Program-made: the position numbers and the translations under genes
Part shown: positions 24,871-39,283 of the stretch, one piece after another
Layout: the number at the start of each line of letters is the position of its first letter
Position numbering within the stretch: the first letter of the stretch is position 1
NCBI GenBank assembly: GCA_030704615.1
Contig: CM060734.1
Span: 43,958,001-44,022,000 of the forward strand
Length of the DNA: 64,000 nt
Direction: 5' to 3'
Origin: Takakia lepidozioides
Lineage: Eukaryota; Plantae; Bryophyta
The notes under the pieces: model-generated
What the model was told of the DNA's origin: nothing
Seen by the model: only the letters and a program-made list of their open reading frames with translations
Database searches by the model: none

Positions 24871-27429
24871 CACTAGCAGCCATGTAATTGTATTGATAGT
24901 GACCCAGTTTCAACACTTACTCTATTGATCGTCTGGAAGTGTACAGCTGAAAACAAACGCACGAGCAACCTTGGATTGTGACACTGAAGGGAGAGAAGTC
25001 TGTCTATGAATGTAAGTGACGTATCAGAAGATCTAGCCGCAGGTGTTGGAGGCCCATAGAAGGGAGTAGTGTGTATGAAGTGGACTATGATTTTGTTGTC
25101 TCTGCAAAGTGGTTGGTCAGAATGACATGTGTCTTCAGTGCCATGAAAAAGCGGCAGTTACTGCACCGTTTGAGATTGAGGGTAATTCATGTTTAGCAAC
25201 TAAGTACTTGTAAAGATTTAGCCTAATTATGCTTCAGGACTGGTGGGCTCATTCAAAACCCTAATATTCTGGTCCTGAAGGGTTGGAAATTCAAATTGTC
25301 TATCGATTGTTAGCCCTTCCTTCATGGGTAAGTACTGAACCGGACCCCAAGGCCCATGAAACCGCACGAACCCAGACCTACAGGTCCATAGCAAAGATGC
25401 CAAACCACTGGGCGACAGCCATGATGTGCTTGAGTTTATTAGTTGTAACTCGGCTACGTTAATGAAGGCTAGTTGGCTGGATTCATGAATGTTAAGGACT
25501 CAGATCAATTGAGGAGGCCGGATAGAATTCCTAATTTAGGTTTTAGTGGTATGCTGTGAGGTAGACTCATAACCCTATGCATTCCATATTTTAGGATGGG
25601 AAAAAGATTCTCTAAATGGTCTAAAAACTTATTGACTAAAATATTTCTAAGCGTTAAAAAGATGACTTCTGCTTGTATTTGCCTGAGCCACCCACTACTG
25701 TAGTAAATTTGTCATCAGGAGGTCATCAGGACTCATAATATTTTGTAACCTTCAGTATGAAGTCCAGTACTCAGCATGGATACATAGCTTGTATAAAATG
25801 TGTGAACTGTGCAGTCATCACCCAATCTGGGCCAAACAAAGCGACTATGGAGTGGTTATGGCAAAGTCCTGACTCGGCAGTTTTATGGCCAACCAACTGC
25901 AGCCAGAAATTAGTGCTCATTTGTGTTATCTCCATCAAGGTGGGTACAGGATTCCCAACCGTAGAAGTATGTCTACAGGGAAATTTCTCGAAGTTTTTAA
26001 ATGAACACTTGACTTCGTTCATTATCAAATTCGACTAAACCACCAACTGTTCCTTTGTTTGTCCTCATATTTTTAATGCCGTTCAATATGATGCTAACAA
26101 GTCCATTCAGGCCATGAGTACAGAGCTTGTTTCACATGTGTGCCGTTGTCAACCAATCTGGGCGCCCAGCAAAATGAGCATGGAGCGACCAGTTATGGCA
26201 AAGCCTTGACTCGATCCTTTGTATACGGTGCCCAACCAACTGCAGCCAGAAACCGCATATTTACTGTTATCTGTGCGACCCCCAAGTGGTTATGGCGAAT
26301 TAGTCGTGACTCCAGGGCTTGATGCAACTGCCCAACCAGAAACCCCATGTTGAATGTCATCTCCACGTGCTAAGGTGAGTTATCTAATGTTCCCCAACTT
26401 GTAGAATCTACCATGCCAGCTGCCTCCTCCCCTATTTGCAGAATTGAGCATGTCTATGAGGGAGTTTCTCAAAGTTTTCAACAGAGTTTAGTTATAATAC
26501 AAGTATTCGACTGAACAACCGACTATTAGCTGTATTTTGTCTTAAATCACCTGTGCTAATCAGTCCTCAGACTTCACTAGGATAGTTAGTTGGTAATTAT
26601 TGCACCGCTGCCCCCCCCCCCCCGCGGCACTGTCGTCGTTGGTAGGATTAGCTCAGCTCATTCATTTCTTCATTTAATTAGGCCTCTACTGAAATAGATA
26701 TATATAAACAGTTTGATAGGTAGTCTGCAGGTTCCTTATTCCAGCCTACCACTATGTTGTAGTGTAGTTTGCACACTTTGATTTTTATGGTAGATTTTCC
26801 TCGGACCCTGGATTTGCATGGTGACCTTTGAATCACAGTGCCGGAGGTCACTGGGAAGAACCTCTGGTGTGTAGCATTGCTCCACCACGTAGTTTGTTTT
26901 TTCCCTTTGGTATGGTTAGTCTGCGAGCAAAGCTCCAGTGCCTCAGGTTTATAGTTGTGTGGTTATTTCTTTTCTTTCTTTTTCTTTATCCGAAATATTC
27001 TGATATTGAAATTGGAATGCTATAGTTGCGCAATGAAAGTAAAGGCAAGGAGAAGGTGACAGCTGAAGATGGACAATTTCTTTGCAAGCCTAGAAAACGA
27101 ATCCATAATCAGACAAGGAACTCCAGCTTGGCTCATGAATAATGCTTCGTCACTCAGTCACCAAATCCAAATTTGTGATATGGGCTTAATGGACAAGAGA
27201 GATTGACATTTTGAACACGAATCCACAATCGAAATGCCAATCTCCCTGTCCATTAAGTCCATATCACAAAATTGGATCTGGTGACTGACTGACTAAGCAT
27301 ACATGAGCCAAGCTGGAGTTCCTTGTTTGATTGTGGACTCGTTTTCTGGGCTTGTAAGAAATTGTCCAGTACAGATTGATGAGATTCTCTATTCACGAGC
27401 TCAGCAGGCTCACCTGGTAGAGGAGGCAC

Positions 27430-27610
27430 CGGGACCACCGGGAGTCAGACGAAGAAGACGACGATGTTGGTGCACGACAGAAATGATCGAAGTCGCAATG
27501 GCAGCAATAAATGCCCAGGACAATGACATTTCGTCTGCTGAAGAGGAACGACAACGGATTGTTGACTCTGGTGCAAGAAAGCATGTCACTGGGAATTGCC
27601 ATGTGATGGC
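27430..27610 (+). mobile_element. Degenerate copia protease remnant
   Basis: RIVDSGARKHVTGN resembles the copia W-x-x-DSGA-x-x-H-(M/V)-T motif. The surrounding sequence is decayed. Confidence 0.45.
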
Positions 27611-29099
27611 CAGAGAGGAAACCCACAGATTCAACTTCATTCAATTAGTTGGTTACCAGTCGAGGAGGTCACCTTGCCTAGAAGGAAGACGAAGATCGGT
27701 CAGAGAGGAATACACAGACAGTTTTTCTGAGATGTCCTACAGGATAAAAAGGGGACGAGTGGAGGACGAGTGATGATGTACAGGGTATATATATACATAG
27801 CACGGTGCGGTGGTTGGGTGGACCAGGAGTGTTGCCCGGTACTGTGCTGCTGTTAGAGCTAGGTGAAGTAGAGATAAGTGATGGTTTTTCATTGCTGTCA
27901 GGAACCAGAACGGTGATACCATCTCTACACAGATCATAATTGTACAAATTGTGAATAGAGTTCCAGTAAGAACGAGTTTACGCTGGTTTTGAACTGAGTT
28001 GGATTCCGGTTACGATTGAGAACAGAGAAGTGTTCTGATATTGTCTGCCTCCTGTTTGCCCACGGTCTGCATAATGCCAAGGTAGGTGGAGGGAACCGGA
28101 TAGAAGGTTTCGGCCTTCATATTAATATGACATGTATAAGGTCCATATTAACTCTTAAGCCGTTTTGGGCCACACCCTATTCTAGTCCCTCTACAGTCCT
28201 TGGATTGCACGAAATCCAACGTGAAAATTGGGAAGTAGGGAGGATGCTCCTGCCCATAAGGTCATCTCTGATTTTGCTCTTGGGCACGTAGTGAAGTGAA
28301 ATAGCTATGTCCGATACAAGTTCAATACCACAAGGCAGTTGGGAGGAAGTTGAGACGGCAAGTGTGCTTCCTAGTGCGCGCGGACAAGCCTGGCTATCAA
28401 TTTTTTGGCTTCGCCATGGTGGCTATTTCCATGCGTTTTTTTTTAATAAGGTATAGTTGGCCCGAAATTCGGAGGTCATGAACAATGTTTTCCCGCCAGA
28501 TGTTGGAACTTTGTGTGTGCGCTTGTCCATCTTGCTCACATCCTCGACCCTACGTCAGCCTTCCCACGGCCCCTCCTTCACACTCCCTTCACACTGGAAG
28601 CAATTGCAGCAGCAGAGCATAAGGATGCCTCTCTCAACTCTGTATGATCCTCTTTCCTTCCTTTTCTTTTTATCAACTCCATATTATGTCTTTCAGATCA
28701 TTTGAATCAACCCAGCATTTGAGTGCACACTTAACTGAAAATAGACCTGATATTTAAAGATGCACATTTGAAGACTGATATCAATTGAAAGTCAAATTAC
28801 AACCTCCATGCATCCAGAGTACAGACGAAGTGATTGTCAGGTCAAGGAGTAGGAGTATTGGCACCCAGCGAGCCGATCTTAAATAGGTTCAGAGAGGGGA
28901 AATTGTTATGTGTCTTCTGTCACATGATTTACAAGTCGCTTTGATTCAATGGATCCCCAAACAGCATTTTTAATTTTGGAAACCTAGTTTGCAGCAGTAC
29001 AGCTAGAGGTGCGGATCATTCGTCCCTCTCCAGCTGCGCTTACGCACATGCATGTAAACTATGTAAGAGCCTTGGAAGAATTTCACAAACAGGCAAGTG

Positions 29100-32000
29100 A
29101 ATTAATTAGCAAGCTGCATGTAATCCCACACAGGTCACACATATTCTGTAGCTGCATGCACAGCCAGTGGTGGGATACAGGGTATGTGTCGTCTGTTGCT
29201 CTCATGTTGCTGTACAAGCAAACCTTGGAGCAGGCCTTTTAGTGTGACTTATTGCGACACACGTTTGAGCATAACTTGCTTGGTACAGGATAGAATCGGC
29301 TAAAAGGCAAAGCTGGATCCGGCAGTTTGTAGAACTTTTCAAAGCACACTGGACACTCCTTTTTCCTGCAATGACGTTCCAAAGGACGGTAGTTCAAATT
29401 CAAGTTACATTTGTGGTATGTGCCTAATTATTTCAAACTTATACCAGTTGCATGAAAACATAGCAGTACTACAGGTACATGTATGGCAATTCCAACTAGC
29501 CTGGATCGACCTAAGAGTTGCATGGTCATGAAGCTGGAGATTTTAGCAGGTAAAAGTCTGGTACTTTCAGCAAAAATCATCCATTCGCTTCCAGTTCTGT
29601 AGCTTCTCCAGGTTCAGTTTCATCATTGAAGATGAGACTGTTGTGAATCTAGCGAGAAGAAGACTATGTAAATCTTGAACATGCAAAGGGGATGCAGCTG
29701 ACCTTGCATTCAGAGCCTTTTCGTGGACTCTTGCATGCACAGCTTGTAACCGTTCTCTTTCTTGTTTGGCTTTAATACTCTTCTGCTTGAACAACTTCGC
29801 ATCCTCCATCCAGAGATTCATCAGCAGCTTTCTATCCATTTCTTGCTGGAAATCACACCCATTTTGTGACCGAAAACTTCAGAGCCCATTGCCTTGTAGT
29901 CAGACCTGTGCATAATTTCATGAATGACATTCTCCTAAAACAGTGATCTTGAGCACTAAATTTGATTCGACCTGTCCTGCACAACGACTTACAGAATGGA
30001 CCTCTATGTGCACCGCATGGTATTTCACATGGCTCATATTACATGACTTCAGCTGCGAGTAGAGCCAGTAGATCTTGATTAGCATAATTTAAGATTTATG
30101 ATATTCCCAAGTATGTTGCCTGCAGACGGTCCATAGATGACCAGAGATCACCTCGTCCTTGAAGTTCTCACCGTCACTTCCCTCCTACTTTGTGTGGCGG
30201 TGAACTTTCTCTGCGCGTTCCCGGCATCATTCTCCCTTTTTATTCTCTCACTTCTTTCCATCTCCTTTGCTTCGCCCCTTTCCCTCCGCATTGCCTTTAT
30301 ATCGTTTGCCTCTCTAATTTGTGCTTGCAACGTACACATAACCAATTCAATCAGCATCTTTCTCAACAGTTCACGTATTGGTGAATTCAAGGCACAAGCT
30401 GCTACATATATATAATTCATGTCCGATTATGATTGTTCGTAAGTTGGAAATTAGTAAAACGTAAGCCTGGGCAAAATTTGTAGCCTCGGACAACCTCCAG
30501 GGGAGATGTAGCTCTCCCAGGTGTAATTGCTTAATCGAAATTTCAGGTCACTCAAGACTCACTCTTCTCTTTGTGTCTTGTCAGCCAAAGTTTGAAACTG
30601 CTCTCTCACTGCCTCCACTTCCTGAAGCCACACAAGTTGCTCTTTCCTCAGTTGATCCTCAATTTCCCCCATTTTCTCCTTCATCTTTCTCTTGCTGGTC
30701 GTGTTGTACGCCTCCATCCTCCTCAGTTCCTCTTGAAAGCGAGCATCCAGCTCAAGTAGCTATACACCCACCAATGCTTACAAGTCAGAATCAAACAAAT
30801 TCTACAATTTTGAAACATTTAATCTGCTGTTTAAGTTTGAAAGGGTTGGATCAGGTGCGTGCATGCAAAAACCATGCTTCAACTCATCGATGAACAGCAA
30901 TTTTTATCATCTGGAGATGAGGCCGGGGATGCCCATATTGAGACTAATGATTGACATTTTCAGTATGACGTCGATCGAACCTGGAGTGGCATTTACCTTT
31001 CTTGTATCTCGGAAAACACGTTGAACTTCAAACTTCTTCTCTTGGGCCTTGAAACTATCAGACCATCTTTTCATGATAGTAGTGGAGCGATCAAACTTGT
31101 CATTATCAAACAGCACCCCGGGCTGCTCGTCATCCTCCTCGTTACTCACCAATTTTAGCCCGCGTTTGTCCTTAAGAGAATCACACCTGCCAGCAAAATA
31201 GAATCTTAATTCCCTGCAAGCTGTTTGCAGGAAGACTGTGCGCCAAGCCATTGACAAACTAGGGATAAATTTTCCAAGCAGTGACCTTCAGCTGAAATAT
31301 AGCTCTAGACAGTTTCCCAGTTTCCACCCTGAAAGGACAGCTCTAGAAACTTTAAATGTCTGTCTCAAGAGAAGCAAGTCATGACTGACATGGAATTAAT
31401 TGTACCACACTTGCAATGTTCGTGCTCATCATCAATTACTGCAGCAAAAAAATTCTAGGGGCTCTTCCATAAAATCCTAGTGAACTCGTAGCAATAAAAT
31501 GGCATTTGAAGTTATCATATAGATCTGTCACCTCTGTATGGTGCCTTTTGTTATTTCAGAGTACGATGATCGCTGGTCCCCACAGCATCTGAATCCCAAC
31601 TTCTTAGAACTAGAGCTTCCCATTCTAAGCCCGATGTTAACATCGTCATCAACCCCGTATGTATGATCTTTGAGCTCTTTCTCATGGGTATAGCCAACCT
31701 GAAATGGTGAATCATATCAACCAGGACTTTTCGTGATATATATATACTTTCATAAAGTATTGACAATGAATTCCTTGGAAGGGATCTGTTTTAGCAAATC
31801 CGTAGGGAATCAATGTAATTTGTATAATTGATATATGTCATATATGTGAACAAGTACTCAATGATCTGTCCAGGGTCAACTGATTCAGCAGTAGTGGTCA
31901 ACCAGATAGTTTAATACCTCTGATGCTGGAAACACAAACCCATCTTTTTTTTCATCGCCACCTCCGCTGCTATATACAGCCTCTAACTGAGGGTTTTGAG

Positions 32001-33002
32001 ATTGAGTTTGTCCATGATCTTGGAGCTTCAAATTCAGAATATTAGGTTTCCAGTTTCCCTCCTTTCCTTCTTTGGTGCCTCCCTGTCTAAGATTGGAACA
32101 TGGTGTTTTAGCAGCTCTCTGATTTGATCCAGATCTTTCAGGAGCACCTTTCGTCTCTTCTTCTCTGAAGGCTTCCTTCAGAGCCCTAAAGTACCCACGA
32201 TGCTCCCAGGGGTTTTCGTTGTTGAACTTTTGAGCATGGATTAGCAGAGCATCCCAACCATTGAACTTTCTTGTATAGGAACACACTGCACATGTTATGT
32301 CGTGTATTGTCCGCGCTGAGCCCTGCTTACTGGCGCAGGCCCTTTTCTCCATGTCTCTCCGCAGCTTCAGCTCCTGTATATTGATCTCACATTGATCAGA
32401 TTAAACAGCATAGGACTAGTGAGTACTTAGCTCAGGCTATTTGACTTTCCTAGTAGGTCGACTCTAGTGACAAGAGAGCCTGAAAGCTCGGGAATACTCG
32501 GATTTGCACAATGTTGATTCAGGTGAGCACTGACAAATTTTAGTCTAACTCTGGCTCTTGAGCACACGAACATTATATCACTGCCCAGGTATAAAATTGT
32601 ATACAGTGTAAATTCTGGAGCCTTACGCACCTTTTTCACCATGGGAAGAAACTTCATGTACGCACTCTCTTCCACGGATCTCTCGATGTGCAATGGACTG
32701 GATTTACGTTGGCAATATTTCTCAATTTCATTCTCAACTGATTTTATTAATTCTCCAGTGAGAACGCCTGTCTGGATGCCAGACCCTATTGTACCACATT
32801 CAGTACCTGTTCTCTCGATATTTTGGAGTTGAGTGAGAGCGTACTGCTGGTGAGAGAGATCTTTCTGACGCTTTCTCGCAGCATATAAGTCTGGTGGAGA
32901 GCTGACTGCGTGATCTAGCGAGTAGTACCCACGTTTGTGATCCATTCCAGAATATCCTCGCTGGTCTATTTTGTAGATTTGGAAACTATACAGCAGTGTC
33001 AA
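29100..33002 (-). pseudogene. Decayed multi-exon gene: zf-XS-like zinc finger, coiled coils, C-terminal Cys-rich (RING-like) remnant
   Basis: ITCAVCSYTRKFNGWDALLIHAQKF...EHRGYFRALKEAF (C2H2 pattern as in SGS3/XS-family proteins). Coiled-coil exons at ~29570-30760 and KKECPVCFEKF near 29330-29365. Splice-like junctions and stops are present; boundaries are approximate. Confidence 0.5.
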
Positions 33003-33820
33003 AATGTTTCAAAGACACTTCGATTCCTGGAGAGACATATATGAAAGATGGTTCAAGCTAAATTGAGCTCCTAAATGTGCTCTGGAGTACGATCCATATT
33101 GAGCCCAAGATTATGTTGACAGTTCCAGTAATTCTAAGCCCTTCCCTGAAGGCGATTGGAATTTAAGGGCTTTTCAAATTTATTCGAACCCACTCCTGAA
33201 AGGTTGACGATGGCCACATGAATGACTCTAGGGTGAACCAGTTTGTATGGCCTGCTGGCAACAATTCAGTCTTCGACAACAGCGCTACTTTGGAAGCTGA
33301 TTTGGCAAGATAGTGGAACTACATTTTGTGGGGTTGCGAGTCATCCTAAGCTGTTAATTCGATTGACCCTGGGGAGAGCGAGAAAATTCCTATCTAACAC
33401 ACATGGCAGGAACAAAATGTTAGGATTGATTGTGCACTATCGGTCGGTGGAAGAATATTTGGAGGTGCGGGGAGAGATTCACTTGAGTGAAATGGAGAGT
33501 GGTGGGCCAAAGCCTCGAAAGGGTGCACCCTACGTTGAAGCGCTTGGATCAGTATCAGATTTGAAAGTGAGCCCGCATTTTACAATCTTCCTTCGGACAC
33601 GGAGGTCGGGATCCATACTTCAAGTTCTAAACGTTGCAAGTACGTGTACACGTATCTCAAAATCGTCCACGGGTAGATCGATTATCGCCAAACAGGCACG
33701 CTCTGTTATTGGGATCTTTCCAGGTTAACTGTCAAGGTCTTTTGAACATGATCGGATTGATACAGAAAGAATGTTTGCATATATATGAATTATTGTGAAA
33801 GGCCAGCCCTTGGATTGGGG

Positions 33821-34973
33821 TGATACAAAGAGAAATACAGTAACTAGCCAGACGGCCTGCCCACTATTCATGCCTCCCGATCATCCGGGCGTTACCGGGA
33901 CCACTCTCAGAGTCCAACCATACCTCTAGGTTATCGCAATTGGGACGCACTACCGCCTTCATAGCCGACAGAGGAAGAAGAGATAGCAAACGGGCGATCA
34001 TGTGGTGCGTCAGATTCTCCGGTTGCATTTCCTCCCTTTCATTCAAGTCGTGACAGAAGAGGTGAGTCTCTACAAGTACCCACAAGTATCCAACTTGGTA
34101 GGAAACAAACCAATGTAAAAGAAGCTGAAGGTTTTGTGGAGTGCCCCTTAGATTGAAAGCTCATTCATTCACAGTCTTGTGTCATTCCTGCGTCATGGTC
34201 ACCGACTCGAGGCGACGCTGGAAATCAGGGAGTGCTCAATTGTGCGCATGGAGTGCTCAGCGTATTCCCACCCTAAGCGTCACTACACCTCACTCACACC
34301 TCATACTCATACAGTTCCAGAAGTCACTGATGTTGTGGACTAATTCTTGAGGAAGGGTGAAAGATCGAGCGAGGGTGAAAGATCGAGCGAGGCTGAAAGC
34401 CCAAAAAAAGCTCTGAGCTGGCTTTCTGCCGCAGAAGCAAAGGTAAATATTGGAATTGGTGAACTAAAGTAAAACTGAGTCTGCCCACCTCAAAGCAGCT
34501 CCTCTTCTCGAGCAAAACCAAAACAATTCTCTGCATGAGTTCACCTTTCAGTCTCTCGTGAACGAGCACTTCATTGTAAGCACATTCGGGCACATTCAGG
34601 GCCACTTTAGACTACAGCCCAAGACCAAGATAAAGACCAACTCAAAATGCAAGGATTCTATTGGTCGAGGGCATGTTCTTGGTCCTATTGGCTTTACACC
34701 ACGGACCAAAGACCATCAAAGATAGGAATGACATGGCATCCAAGTGAGCATTGATTTTGGCGGGAGATTGTTGGTCTATGGGACCAAGAAAGGAACCATG
34801 TAGTTTGGAGGACCAATTCTTGGACCCTGTGGAAACATTGAACTATAATTTTTTTGAATGATCCTGACCATCCATTAGAATCAAAATTGAATGTGGAGGG
34901 GGAATGATGAACGCGATGGAAGTTGATACACCTCATTTTAAGTTTCTTGGTCATAGTCTAAATATACATATCA
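33821..34973 (-). mobile_element. Probable LTR (~1.15 kb) with adjacent polypurine tract
   Basis: TGATA...TATCA termini. On the minus strand it is preceded by the purine-rich TTGGGGAAGGGCG (34974-34986). No TSD, which fits a 3' LTR remnant. Confidence 0.5.
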
Positions 34974-35951
34974 CGCCCTTCCCCAAGGAAGCGTAAATTT
35001 GTATGGTGTCTCTTGACACCGATGGGCTACTGCCTTGGAGCATGAATGTGGACACTAGACACCTTTGTGATAGGGCCCACCCCCCAAAGGGGGCGGTAGC
35101 CGCAAGGTGAAGTGGCTCTTAGTTACAGAGGCTTGGGCGGGAGTCTCTCCTCCACCTTTGTGACACCAATCGGTGGATTAAACCCACAACCACTTTGGAG
35201 AAGTTACAACTTGGTCGTCGGTCCTAGTCTAAAGTGGGCCCTTGGTACACTTCTCATTACTTGCAAGTTTTCATACCGTGATACTAGAGATGCTCGAACA
35301 ATATCCAAGTTTTCATACCGTGATACTAGAGATGTTCGAACAGATATTGCTTATAATAGACAATGTATGATTCCAGGGAAATTGTAGTACTGAAATATAG
35401 TTTATATAGGATTTGCGGGCCTGGAATAGTATGTGGACATCCACCAACCCACCAGGGTTGCTGTTTAGTTGCTCCAAAGATATGTATTTGCGATGGAATC
35501 AGAGCGTGAAGCATCTACAAATATATCCCAGCGGACAGTTGTCAGCTGGATATTCATTTCCATAATATATACCTATAAATGGTTTTGTTTCACTGCTGAG
35601 GTGGCCAAAGGAAGCCCCAGGAAGGTTGGCAAACCCACACTGCAACCGCTTCTGCCCAAGTCTGCAGCACACTCTCATCTCACTTGTGCGCTCGCTCACA
35701 ATCCAACCAAGGATAGGAATCACTGCACTTTGCAGGGGCTGTGGGTCTGGCATCTTTGCTTATCCCGTGCATTGGGCTGCGGGCCTGGGTTCAATCCCCT
35801 GCGGTTTAGTCTGCCTTGGGACTGGGGCTCCCAGAATGCCTCATGGCTCAGCAGAGAGTTAGTAGTTTTTCGCTTCCTGTGAAGGTATGTAGTTGGTATA
35901 TGGTAGTTGGAGAGTGGAAATATTATGGGGAATGGAAAGCAACTTGCGGGG

Positions 35952-36221
35952 CAGTGTTTTTTTTTTTTTTGGCGAAAAATCGACCTCAAAACATTAAAAT
36001 GGAATATTCTGTCGTAAATTCCCAATTTTTTCATGGATGAAATCGCCAAACTTCTACAAGGAAAAAAAAGAAATGGATGAATTCGCCAAATGTGGATGAT
36101 ATAAATGGATGAAAGTACATAGGAGGATGATTCTATCCAAATTCTCAATGGATGAACAGAATATATAGCTATTTCCTGTAGCCACTTGTGCTATTTTTCA
36201 AATTTAAGAAAAAAATCACTG
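35952..36221. mobile_element. hAT-like MITE, copy 2
   Basis: CAGTG...CACTG ends, perfect 8-bp TSD TTGCGGGG (35944-35951 and 36222-36229). Confidence 0.9.
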
Positions 36222-36736
36222 TTGCGGGGTCCATGTGCGATGATGCAGGGAAGCCCTTCACGTCGAGGGGTTCTGAAATTTGACGTGGCCCCAAAAAACA
36301 TGCCAGAAAAGGCAGCTAGCTCCCAGCCACCATAGGCCTAAGATGGGAAAAACCTCAAAATTCACCTAAATGTACATGATCTCATCAGCCCATTTTTTTT
36401 CATTTCATGTACAGAGGCCATGTGGCTACAAACTGGTGGGGTAGAGTGCGTAGGTGGCGAACCAGCTGTTTTCCACGTGGATTGTATGTGGCTACAGAAG
36501 TAAAGTACCACACTATCGCAATATGGCGACCATATAAGACCAAGAAGACATTACAAAGGCGACACATGTTCAAACCAGGGCAGATAAATCTGGCTCGAAG
36601 GGCCCTTATATTGGAGCAAAGTGGCTACCATAAAAAGGCCAATGTCATTAATCTGGCTCCATACAGTCGACCCTAGACAATTGTTATTCCTATAGAGAAA
36701 AAAAATTATAACATATCTTTTATTTTTTATCATATC

Positions 36737-36928
36737 AACCATTATGTTTTTTCTTTAAAAACATTACCTCAACAATAGTTTTTTAGGGAGGTCAAAAACA
36801 ATTGTTGAGGTAATATCTGTTCTCAAAACCATTATGTTTTTTTTGAAAGAAAATTACCTCAAAAGTAGTTTTTGAGGGAGGTCAAAAATAATTGTCGAGG
36901 TAATATCTATTTTCAAAACCATTATGTT
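36737..36928. repeat. ~90-bp tandem repeat (~2 copies)
   Basis: AACCATTATGTT...ATTACCTCAA...GGGAGGTCAAAA...GAGGTAATATCT is repeated. Confidence 0.7.
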
Positions 36929-39139
36929 CATGTTATGTTGTTGTTTCCAAGTTTACATAGCCAAGATTTCATAACATTAAGGGTAACATAACAAAAAAGC
37001 ATTTAACATTTATCCAGGGTCAACTGTAGCCCACTTTGGATGGGACACATGGCAATGACGGATTTTTTTAATGTTTTTTAGAATAAAAAGGGGACGGATG
37101 CCCTTTTACTCAAGTTAAATAAATGTATTGCGTCCTAGGCCAAAAGGCATTGAGTTGCAGATGCGAAAAACACCAACAGTGATGCCTCTTGTAATCTGAA
37201 CATGCAAGGGGGAACTAATACTAAGCTACCAAGTCCAAGACAGACTGTCTAGGCAGCATGCCTAAATACCAAATGTCAACATCGATATTTTCACTACGCT
37301 CGCGGAGATGATGGAAACAAAGGGGCTCTTGAATCTGCCCTCTAGCACAAAATAAACTCTGTAAATCTAAGCAGAGACATAGCTCCCCCGCATCCTTGAA
37401 GTCCCTCCCAATAAACAAGCACACACTAACGCAATGCGCAGAGTGAGTGACAGCCACCGCGCAGTGGCGACGGCCACCCCCTCCAGCCCTAAAAGGCTTG
37501 GCGAATGGACGGCCAAGGGCGGTTCACGTGGCGAGATCCCCCATGGCTACCACGCCAACAGGCGCCGGCCGTTGGATGGCGGGTGCCACGGGATCCGGTT
37601 CCCAGGCGCCAAGGGGTGGTTCCCTTGGCGCTTTATGGTAACACTCTACCAGGGAACACGCGCTTTCTGGCTTTTTTTTCATTTTTTCCCCTGTTTTCTT
37701 ACAAGGGCGTGTCGCAGCCGACAAAGTTGGAGTGCTTTCTGGCTTTATTTCGCCTAAAAAATATGGGCTGGATCTTATCAGTACATTTTTTAGTTTACTT
37801 GGAAATTTTTTGGCAGGCTATTTTGGATTGTTGCATTGCACCTATCCACCGCTGCAATAATCATTCCATTGTGGAATTTGAAATCCATGGGGTGCCACAA
37901 CTTTGTAGAGTACTTGTAGGCTCATTTACCCCCTTTTTTTTCACATACAAAGCAACCTTTGGCAAATCTTTTTGTTTGGGTCTGAAATTTGGTGAGAGTG
38001 CTTTGTGGGTGCCCCACATTCAGAATGTGGAGGGCATTTCCACAGGAAAAAAAGAAAAAAGAATAGGCAAATCCTTGGTTAAACCAAAATTTATAAGGAG
38101 AAATGTGATGGAGTTGAGAAAACCACCACACAAAATTGTTATAATATATCCACTCCAATGGTGAATAATCCTGTAATTTTGTAAGTATGAAATGTAGTAG
38201 GTAGGATGGTAATTGTAAGTTCATTTCTGTGGATGTTTGGGGCTAGGGAGATATACACCAATGTTGGGCGGTTATTCATTCTTGTCTCTAATAACATGTG
38301 GTTATCTATCTAGTTATATATATATATATATAATTGCAGGAGATGAAAAAGAGAAAGAACCGGACCCCTTAGGAACCGGCAGAGTGTAGGCATTCAAGTA
38401 ACCGGTCCCAATAATAACCGGCGGAGGCCAAAATTTTAAAGATAGATGTAGACAACCTCTTGGGTTTTTTCTAGGTGAACTATTATGAATATATATATTG
38501 GGTCTAATAGCCTCCTTGTCCATTTATAAATATTCCAGGGCCTCAATCAGTCCCCTGTTAAAAAATAAAAAAACTAAGGTTAGGAGCAGTTGGTAGGGCG
38601 GTTGTGAGGTGTGGGTCCTTGGCTAGGGTTATGAGTGCTATTCAAGGAGTTTTGCCATTGTGAGGCGTGAAGAGCAAGGTGGATTGAAGCTTGGGGTGTA
38701 GAATTGAAGGAAAGGGCCCTGCATTAAGCTTATGGGCATGGCATATGGCCGATTGCTTGGTCAAACGAGGACTGATACACTAGTAGACTTTACGATTGGA
38801 GCCACATCACTCGATTGATAGAAATGGGCCCCCACTAGTGAGCTTTGTAAAGCTTGGACTAAGAATGATTGATGGAACATGGGGATATACACACTCGTAA
38901 AAATACGTTTTTGGGGGTGGCCCACCAAGAAACAGCTCGCCGCTTAAGATGGTTTAGGTTCCAGTTTACATTTTTAAAGGGACCATGCTTGCATCGCCCA
39001 CTAAAGTAAGGTTGAGGCCGACAGATGTTAGAAGGTAGCCCCCACCCTCATTTTAGTATATACTCTCTCAAGGTTGTGGTGGAGCTTTCTAGGGCCCACC
39101 GCATCATCCTCCTTCTAGAAGGAGGGCCCACGCCCCACC

Positions 39140-39283
39140 TACTCACATATCATACTTCTATGCTCTCCTCTACACATGGCCTCACATATCCTACTTCTAT
39201 GCCTCTTCTATGCCCGCTACACATGGCCTAACATATCCTACTTCTGTGCCTCTTCTATTCCCTCTACACATGGCCTCACATAT
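39140..39283. repeat. Short tandem repeat (~40-47-bp unit, ~3 copies)
   Basis: CTACACATGGCCTCACATATCCTACTTCT recurs. Confidence 0.75.

Noticed and set aside
33243-33728. 161-aa ORF
   Set aside because: No recognisable motif, non-ATG start, and it lies between a pseudogene and an LTR.
37040-38560. Possible DNA transposon with GC-rich and AACCGG subterminal motifs
   Set aside because: No TIR pair, TSD or coding motif could be identified.
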